A DNA stretch of 64,000 bases from Eledone cirrhosa (Eukaryota): contig OZ024743.1 in assembly GCA_964016885.1 (NCBI GenBank), forward strand, positions 245,706,001 to 245,770,000, read 5' to 3'. Shown piece after piece: positions 55,529-64,000 of the stretch. The position numbers and the translations under genes are program-made. The notes beneath the pieces are model-generated. The model had not been told where the DNA came from and searched no databases. It worked only from the letters and a program-made list of their open reading frames with translations. Position 1 is the stretch's first letter. Every line of letters begins with the position of its first letter.

Positions 55529-56387
55529 CTAGCAGCAGTACCCAGCGTTGCCTGGGTAGGTAAAATAATATCTGCTTTGGTGTAGCAAATGGCGAAATGT
55601 TGAGTGAAATCGTATGGAATATGTGGGAGGTGGAAAAAATTGTATTTTGAAGAGTTAAACGGCTGCCACGCCATCCCTGAACAAAAAATGCAAAGTGTAA
55701 AGCTACTATAAGATGTGCAATGATAGTTCTATGGTAGTATAAAAGTTGAACCAAATAAATTGATTTATGTGTGAGCCAAAGTTTCGAATTTGAACGAAAT
55801 CGGTTGAAAAATGTGGGAGCTAGAGCCGAAAAGGCGGAAATTTGAGCGAAAAGGTGGTATTTTCGAATATTTAAGCGGCTGCTATGCTGTTCCTGAACAA
55901 AAAATCCAAAATGTAAAGCCACTTTAAGACGTGAAATAATCAGATCTAGCGTAGTGTAACATTTGAACAAAGTAGGTTGATTAATGTGGGAGCTAGAGCC
56001 GAAAAAGTGGAAATCTGAGTCTAAAAGTGGTATTTTTTAATATTTAAGCGGCTGCCGCGCCGTCCCCTGAAAAACAAATGCAAAATATAAAGCCATTCCA
56101 AAATTCTATTTTGCTTTAAAATTTGAACGCAATCGGTGGCAAAATGTGGGAGCAAGAGCCACAAATCTTATTTTTCGATACCTAAAAAAAGGTGACCCCC
56201 CCCCCCCTATCGATTTTTATCTGCAGAATGACCCCGGAATAAAAAAAAACGATACGCTGATATATAGAAAACACTCCCCGATAACTAATCTATGAGCCTG
56301 TAAAGTTTCATGAAAATCAGTCGTAAGATGTAGGCCCCTATAGGTAATACACAGAGACACACATACTTAATTTTACATATATACAGA
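55529..56387 (-). mobile_element. Non-autonomous Helitron with internal ~170-190-bp subrepeats
   Basis: Minus strand: A|TCTGTATATATGTAAAA ... hairpin CCCAGGCAACGCTGGG ... CTAG|T. ATGTGGGAG units recur at ~55621, 55811, 55984 and 56144. Confidence 0.88.
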
Positions 56388-56592
56388 TATGGTGTTTGGA
56401 GCATAACTTAAAGGTTCTTACATAAAACTATGATGGGAAGGTTTTCATATAAATATAAACACCTTAAAACAAATACGTAGTTTTGTATCATAGAACCATG
56501 GCAAGTTTCAAGCAGTTTAGTATTGAAAGAGTTAAATAAAAGAAGGGCACATAACTCATTGTAGTTCCATGCAGGACTGGATTAATTATTAA

Positions 56593-56813
56593 CCCTTTAG
56601 CATTTACATTACTCTATATATACTATTGTATTTTTATGGTAAAAACTTTATTTCACATAATGATCTCACATAATATCGAATCTACGAGACTTTGATATTA
56701 ATTATTTTGAAAAAAATACAATAAAATCAGTGTGAGCAGCCGGTTACGGCCGGTTTGAACAGAAAGAGGTAAGAGAATTCTGGCCGGATATGGCCGGTTT
56801 AAATGCTAAAGGG
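56593..56813. mobile_element. piggyBac-type MITE
   Basis: TTAA TSD on both sides (56589-92, 56814-17) and perfect 14-bp TIRs CCCTTTAGCATTTA / TAAATGCTAAAGGG. Confidence 0.9.
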
Positions 56814-57217
56814 TTAAGCAAAATAAACACATGGTTAGGATATCAAGAGGGGCACCGTTTTATTCAAATTAAATGTATTTGTCATTCCCTGTCAATTTTT
56901 TTTTACAGACTTTATATATGGGGGACACTATAATCTTATTAGTGTTAAGGTCTCAAAAGAACTTAATTTAGCCCAGAGTCCCTGATATAAAAATGGATGG
57001 GACGGTCATGTCTAGAATACTTTTGATCATAGATCACTTCAATCTGACTTGATTTAAATTTAAAAAGCAACAAATAGATAATGACAGGATAGAATGGAAA
57101 GTTGCCAACAGAAAGTCCCTGTAGAAACGACCAAATTAAGAAATAACATTAAGAAATAACAATTGGAAAAGGAAATCAACTATAATAATAACCCATGTGT
57201 GTTTATATAATTATTTA

Positions 57218-57390
57218 TCTATATATATAAAACAGAGGATGTCTGTCTGTGTAAATCCCTAAAACTCGAGAAGTACTCGACCGATTTTTTTATAATAAGG
57301 GAATTCAAAAAGTACACAGCTACATTCCTCAATCTTTGAATGTGCTATTTCACGTTTCCTACCCTGTGCAATGCCGGGTCCTGCTGTTAG
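57218..57390 (+). mobile_element. Mini non-autonomous Helitron related to 9763-11078
   Basis: 5' TCTATATATATAAAACAGAGGATGTCTGTCTG...AATCCCTAAAACTCGAGAAG matches the 9763 copy. 3' GTGCAATGCCGGG...TTAG|T. Confidence 0.8.
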
Positions 57391-57834
57391 TATATGTATA
57401 AATCTCTCTAACTCTTTAAAATTTACACACACACAAAATGTGTATTTCCTATTTCAGTTATGTTGCTATAATAAGAATTTCACTTTTCAACCACAAGTTC
57501 CTGAGTTTTACCATACATTTGTCCCTGTAGATAGTTATTCCTCCAAAGTTCCTCATACATTTAATCCTGTATGTCATTTATACATATATGCTGAACATTT
57601 ATGTAATCATATACTAGAAATAAAATTATTAAAATATCATTCTTATCTTTAATCCACATGTCAGTAATCAACATAAACTATAGGGTTTTTCTTATGCAAA
57701 CCATAAATTTATTAAAATGAGAATTTTAATTGCTCAGACTCATACAGGAGATGACAAAGGCTAGTGGAGAGATGCTGTGCTGATAAGGACCTGTTCAACC
57801 TATGTAAGTGTGAAAAAACAGATGTAATGATGAT

Positions 57835-58010
57835 GTTACGGACGCCATGCTTTCCAGCATAGTTACGTCCCTTTACGATCTGAGTTCAAATCCCGCCGAG
57901 GTTGACTTTGCCTTTCATCCTTACGGGGTCGATAAAATAAAGTACCAGTAATACACTGGGTAATTGCTGGCCTTGTGCCTAACGTAGAAACAGTTATTAT
58001 TATTATTACT
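57835..58010 (+). mobile_element. tRNA-derived SINE
   Basis: GAGTTCAAATCCCGCCGAGG...CCTTTCATCCTTACGGGGTCGATAAAATAAAGTACCAG...(TTA)n. Confidence 0.88.
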
Positions 58011-58159
58011 AGATGGCCGTGTGCCGTCAGAAATGACGGCTAATTGTAGTATTTTATATACATAAACAGATTCATTAAAGAAAATAATTACATGCACATA
58101 CATTGTTTGCTGTTTTCTATACTTTGTCACAGCCCCCTTCCTCCCACACTCATCACATA

Positions 58160-58722
58160 GATGTGTGTGTGTGTATGTAATCATTATTTTGTATAATGTG
58201 ACTGTTTATATATATGTGTGGTTATATTTATATACTCATACATATAAATGTATACATGTGCACACACACACACGCAGACATACACACCCACACATGCAGA
58301 CATACATACACACATACACTCACACATACACAAGTGTAGCCAATCTAAGAACACTCGTTAAAAATTATTATTACATACACGCACATATACATAAACAGAC
58401 ACATTAGAGAAATTAATTATTACATGCACACACATATATGTGTGTGAGGGTGTGTGTGAGTATATGTATGAATGTGTGTGTGAGTGTGTGTGAGTATGCA
58501 TGTGTGTGTGTGTGTGTGTGTGAGTGAGTGTGTGGGTATGTGTGAGTGTGTGTATGAATGTGTATGTGAGTGTGTGTGTGAGTATGTGTATGAATGTGTG
58601 TGTGAGTGTGTGTGAATGTGTGTGTGAGTGTGTATGTGTATGCGTGTGTATGTGAGTGTGTATGTGTATGTGAGTGTGTATGTGTATGTGTATGTGTATG
58701 AGTGTGTATGTGAGTGTGTGTG
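58160..58722. repeat. (CA)n then (TG)n compound microsatellites
   Basis: Seen directly. Confidence 0.9.
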
Positions 58723-58779
58723 CATATTTTCTATACACTTTGACAACATGATGGACAAATACACATTGGCTTTTATTAT

Positions 58780-58970
58780 TGGTAGTATCGGTAGAGGCTC
58801 GGACGCCATGCTTTGCAGCATAGAGTTACGGCACTTTATGGTCAGAGTTCAAATCCCGCTGAGGTTAACTTTGCCTTTCATCCTTACGGGCTCGATAAAA
58901 TATAGTACCAGTAATACACTGGGTAATTGCTGGCCTTGTGCCAAAAGTAGAATCAATTATATTACTGATT
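58780..58970 (+). mobile_element. tRNA-derived SINE
   Basis: Same motifs as 57835-58010. Confidence 0.88.
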
Positions 58971-59282
58971 ATTGAAAATAATTTATTTACATATAAGGTT
59001 ATCATAGAAAATAAGAATTTATAAATGTATTTAGAAAATTAAAATAAACATAGGCATGGCTGTGTGGTTAAGAAGTCCACTTGATAACCATTTCCTACCA
59101 AGTTTGCTAATCTTTGTGACCAGAATTTGGTAGACATAAACTGTGCAGAAGTCAGTAATATACACACACATAAAATTTAGACATATAATGCTTATTACTG
59201 AAAATGATATTTTACATATAAATAATGTAAAAGATAAAAACAATTCAGGTTTATAAAAAAGATAAAAGAAAAAGAATCTTAC

Positions 59283-59459
59283 CCTGTATATTCCTTGATC
59301 AAATCCACAAAATGTACTTTCCATGCAATAGCTATTGACAACACCCATTTGTCTCCAAACAACAACACGGGCGGATGATTCTTTGATTTCTTCCACATGA
59401 AATTGAGAATCTTGTAGTGAAAATGCTGGTGCAGTTTGGTTTAGTATATATGGTAGTAT
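59283..59459 (-). CDS. AGTPBP1: Cytosolic carboxypeptidase 1-like, catalytic-Glu exon ([59 protein letters not shown])
   Basis: 177 bp, acceptor TTCTTAG|, donor |GTAAGA. Closely matches CCP1 'APAF...[34 protein letters not shown]', including the catalytic Glu in MES. Confidence 0.95.
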
Positions 59460-60843
59460 CTAAGAATAATAATGGAGGAATATACAGTTTTGATAGTCTT
59501 GGAACTCCTAAATAGGAATTTATAATTAACCATTCTATAATGTTAGGAAATTAAACTAAGGAATATGTTGGGTCATTAACGACATGGTCTAGAATTCAAT
59601 CTCTTCCATTAAAGATATTATATTGTGTGTCCTTGGGTCAAGCAATATTACTCTGTGTTCATCTAGTCTATTGGTTCTCAAACATATCATATATGATTTC
59701 CTAATATTCACAAGACCCATACTTATATTTCACAAACAATCTTCACAATTTTCATAAGATATTAAATCTTAGCATGCTGTAATGGTTTAACAGAAAATAC
59801 CTAAAAACAAATGTTCATGGTGTCTTTACTGTTGGATTTTGAAGAATCATAGTAAAAATTTGATTTTTAATGTGATGCAGTCATAGTGCTGTTTTGTATT
59901 TTTCAGGAATGTCTTGCTCGTGTAGTTTCATGTAGCACAAGAAGTTAAGAGTTAATTGAAATGTAAATTGTTTTAGAGAAAGAATTTATTAAAATAAAGT
60001 GGATACAGCATTGCTGATTAAGAAGTTTACTGAGCAATCTCCTGGCTTTGATCAAACTGCAAGGCATCTTGGTTAAGTGTAGTTTACAATAGCCTTGGAT
60101 TGACTCAAGATTTATGAATGAAACTGGGTAGACAGAAGCTGTTTGGAAGCCCATCAGAGAGATTGTACCTGTACTTCAAAGGGGCAGCTCTATCACACAC
60201 TGTGTCATACTGAATCTCCCTGAGAATTACATTAAATGTACTCATGTCTGTGAAATGCACAACCAAATACATGTTAATTTCATGAGCAGTCATGTGTAGC
60301 CTTTTTCCTCAAATCAATCAATGAGTCTCTACATGATCACTAAAACTGCTAAAAAAAAGCAGCCAAATCTTCTTCAAATCATACAATATCATCTTAGAAA
60401 ATGAATAACAAATTATATAATGTAATCTTAGACACATTTCATTTGAAAAATAAATGGTAAAGTCACATCTGGAATATTTTTGATTATAGGTTTGCTGGAT
60501 TAGGGCTAACTAAACACAACAACTAAATACTTATTTACATGGAATATATACACATATATCCACAAACCAGCAAAAGAACCCGTAGAGGGCCATTCAATCT
60601 GGTAGAAATGGAACTCAACGTTAAAAAAAGACAGAATGGTCATGGCTCTAACAACTTTGATTGTAGGTCTATAGCATCAGGGTTGATCAAGGGTTAAACA
60701 ACAACACTACATTCCCCCTTAGTCTACTGTATCTTTACATTAAACTAGTTCATGGTGAAGGGGTGAGTGTTTTAGATGTTCAATCAACTGAACAGCATAC
60801 TTGTTAAATTAACCTGTAAGTGGCTGAGTATTCCACATACATA

Positions 60844-61333
60844 TGTAGCGAAATCTCTTCACACACTGACCCCACCCTGAATGCCACCTAGCTGCTTTTT
60901 TTCTTTTATCTGAGTTGGCGTCAGTTGTTTGGAGTGGGTGGTCAACTTGAGGTGAAAGCGAAAAAAGTTCTTTTTGTCAGTCAACTCTGGTAACTTGAAA
61001 GAGAAGCATCACTAGTGAGATGTAGCACTTAGCAAAAATTAATTCCGGCCCTGTTGACAAGGGCCCAACAGCAATTCTTCCATTGGCACTTCAACCACAC
61101 AGAATCATCTGCCTTTTCATATATACAAATATTCTCCAGCAAAACACAAAGGGCTTTTTGAACACTGCATTCATTTGTGAGTGCTACCATCAATATTTAA
61201 ATATTTTATGATTCAAAGTAATCATATTCTTTTTCCTTTTTAACTGAAGTGAAGTGGTTCTATATCTAACCAAAATTATTGTATTTCCTGTGTTTATCAT
61301 CCTTTTTCATTAACAACCAAAAACTTCACTCCA
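60844..61333. mobile_element. Probable solo LTR inserted in an old SINE-like repeat
   Basis: TGTAGCGAAAT...ACTTCACTCCA imperfect inverted ends (TG...CA) with a 4-bp TSD CATA. The flanks rejoin as a continuous repeat (TTCCACATACATA|TGTACCCTTAAC). Confidence 0.55.
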
Positions 61334-61666
61334 CATATGTACCCTTAACATAATCCTCAGACTAAATTAGCATGACACAATATGTGACAAGGTTGACCCT
61401 TTGAATTACAAGAAGAGTCCATCTGAGATGCTTCCACACAGTTTCCGTCTACCCAATTTCATTAACAAGGCTTAGGTCGACATGTCAACTGACCACATCG
61501 TGTTCATACACTCTATTTCAGCTGGATGCCTTGCTTAACACCAACCAACTTATAGGGTGAACAGGGAATTGTTTACATGATACCAGCACTACCACCTTAC
61601 AAGGTGGACTGAGTGCTTTCTGTCAGCACCAGTACAACTAAATAGAAGTTAAAAAAAGATACTTAC

Positions 61667-61801
61667 TTGGTATGAAATATCCTCACCCCATTTTTGGTGT
61701 GTAGGGTTTTCTGTATCAAATGTTTGCCAAGATCTTAAAGGAGAACAACCGTACAGGAAGATGTTCTTTTTTTGAGAGTGTCCATGTAAGTCACAGTAAA
61801 G
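61667..61801 (-). CDS. AGTPBP1: Cytosolic carboxypeptidase 1-like, zinc-ligand exon ([45 protein letters not shown]); gene continues beyond the right edge
   Basis: 135 bp, acceptor CTACTTGCAG|, donor |GTAAGT. Contains the M14D motif YCDxHGHSxKKNxFxYGC. Confidence 0.95.
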
Positions 61802-62219
61802 CTGCAAGTAGATAATGATGAACCAAAGAAAATGTCTACTGTTATATCACCACTGTTTCTTATCATCATCATTTTATGTCCACTTTTCCATACTTGTATG
61901 AGTTGAACAGATCTTCTCTAGTACAGCCTGTCTCTACTCATTGTTGTCTCTTGTCATCTCCTCTGTAAAGTTTAGCATTTCAAGATCAGGTCTCATGACC
62001 TTTGCCCAGGTCTTCCTCTATCACAGCTTCCTTCCACTGGCATTACCTAGCATTTCTTCACCCAATGATCAACCAAATACATCGGTTCCATTCATTTTGA
62101 GCAAAGTTAATTTTTAGCAAAGTTATTTTGAGTGAAACATTAAGAACAAATGGTAATTTCAGCGAAGATTAATTTTAAGCGAAATATATACTATGGTACA
62201 TTATTATTATTCATAGTAG

Positions 62220-62600
62220 GGTGGATTGGCAATATCAGTAGAGGGTCGGACGCTATGCTTTGACGCATAGAGTTACGGCCCTTGCACTTCTGAGTTCGAA
62301 TCCCGTTGCTTTCATCCTTACGGGGTCGATAAAATAAAGTACCAGTAATGCACTTGATAATTGCTGGCCTTGTGCCAAAAAGTAGAAACAATTATTATTC
62401 GTAGTAATAGTAGAGCATCCGACAACATACTTTGCGGCATATAGTTACGTCCCTTTACATTATCAGTTCAAATCCCACTGAGGTTAGCTTTACCTTTCAT
62501 CCTTACAGGGTCGATAAAATAAAGTAACAGTAATGTACTGGGTTGATTTAATCAACTTTCCTCTTACTTTCAAATTGCTAACCTTGTACCCCCCACCCCA
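62220..62600 (+). mobile_element. Two tandem tRNA-derived SINE copies
   Basis: B-box plus GGTCGATAAAATAAAGTA.CAG domain present twice (62290-62400 and 62465-62590). Confidence 0.85.
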
Positions 62601-62897
62601 CCCCCCAAAGAAGAAACAGTTATCTTCCAAACAAATAAATACTGTATATAAAAGTCAAATATTTTAAACTACACATTTTAGGTTAAATTTAGGGTGGGTG
62701 GGCAGATTTAGAATGTTATATAGAATGATTTGCGGTATTCTTTCTAGAATTATTTTTTTCGATTTTAAACATTGCAAATTTTTAGTTCTTTCTACCATAA
62801 AATGCGTTGATTTTTAATAAATGTTTTATTTACTTGTTGTGAAGGTGTAACAGTAAATAATACTTTGTCTCACAACGTTCTTCCAGTCACAAACACT

Positions 62898-63253
62898 CAG
62901 ACTGATATGACCCAAAATATATCAGTAGATATATCCCAACAGATGTCAGTAGATATGTCCCAACAGATGTCAGTAGATATGTCAGTAGATATGTCCCAAC
63001 AGATGTCAGTAGATATGTCCCAACAGATATCAGTAGATATGTCCCAACAGATGCTAGTAGATATGTCAGTAGATATGTCAGTAGATATGTCCCAACAGAT
63101 GTCAGTAGATATGTCAGTAGATATGTCAGTAGATATGTCCCAACAGATGTCAGTAGATATGTCCCAACAGATATCAGTAGATATGTCCCAACAGATATCA
63201 GTAGATATGTCCCAACAGATATCAGTAGATATGTCCCAACAGATGCTAGTAGA
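62898..63253 (+). repeat. Minisatellite built from two 12-mers (CAGTAGATATGT and CCCAACAGATGT)
   Basis: Seen directly; mix of 24-bp AB units and extra A units. Confidence 0.95.
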
Positions 63254-63485
63254 TAGTTGTTAGCTGCCGAGACACTGCATCCTTTAAAACGCTCATGCTT
63301 CCTGAAATTCGCCAAAACTTCACCTGATGTACCCCTTCCATACACATGCACACATGTGTATATCATGACTCATGCACTGTTCATTTTCCTGACGTTTGTA
63401 CATTACCCTATGTACTACACATACACTTTTTGATGAGTTGTAGTGCACCTGAGCACTGTACACAATATTTCATTATTATTATTAT
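63254..63485 (+). mobile_element. Short 3' tail of the CR1/Jockey-group LINE family
   Basis: AGTTGTTAGCTGCCGAGACACTGCATCC...GTAGTGCACCTGAGCAC...TTTCATTATTATTATTAT matches 1526-1703. Confidence 0.9.
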
Positions 63486-64000
63486 GTTCCCTTAACCCAT
63501 TAGGTAACCATAGCACCACTGTCATACATCACATTAAGGACAAGTCCCCCTAGTGAATCTGATAGTTTTCCATGTAAATACCATCGTTGAAATTACACAC
63601 ATAAAGTCTGCCTATATTTTCTATTAAGAGGATGTGGGAGAAATAGGAAGTTGCATTTTCAGAAGACAGTATAAGGTGAAGTGAAATAGCACCAACCAAA
63701 CTAATTATCACCCCTCTTGCCAGAAATGTAACTGCACCAGTTATATTAAACAAATAATTACTATTGTAAATTATTAGCAACACAAATCAAATAAATTAAA
63801 AGAAAATTATACATAATGACAGGAAGTAAAATAGGATAAAAGTGGCACAAACAAAAATGAAACTGGTAAGATTGAAAAAAAAAAAAAGGAATATCAATAA
63901 TTTGGTCCTCCTAAACCACCAAAATGAAAAAGACCCACTTGAACAAGGATTCTTTATCCATACACTCCACTTTTTGTATATATATTTATAATGTATCAAC

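Noticed and set aside
58358-58975. His/Thr-rich and Val/Tyr-rich ORFs
   Set aside because: Translations of (CA)n/(TG)n.
62865-63366. SVDMSQQM repeat protein
   Set aside because: Open only because the units are multiples of 3; intronic to CCP1 and fused to a LINE tail.

Overview
Repeat-rich, AT-rich eukaryotic genomic DNA, probably from a coleoid cephalopod such as Octopus (inferred from the SINE families and microsatellite load). The only well-supported host gene is on the minus strand: the last four coding exons (61801 to 47065) of a cytosolic carboxypeptidase 1-like tubulin deglutamylase (CCP1/Nna1/AGTPBP1, M14D). Its final exon encodes a very long Asp/Glu/Asn tail. About 26.7 kb (11432-38121) is a young, G/T-rich 50-bp satellite with multi-kb higher-order duplications. 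The rest is nested mobile DNA: CR1/Jockey-group, RTE and Tx1/L1 LINE pieces, tRNA-derived SINEs, three non-autonomous Helitrons, hAT and piggyBac MITEs, a decayed hAT transposase, two probable solo LTRs, and long (TA)n arrays. The most interesting signal is a pair of non-coding fold-back elements. Each inverted arm carries an outward-facing minimal type-I hammerhead ribozyme (CUGAAGA...GAAA, palindromic AU stem III), and stem II covaries between the two elements. A cluster of further palindromes lies among (TA)n tracts at 38.7-40.9 kb. All calls were made by eye; no database searches or folding programs were run.
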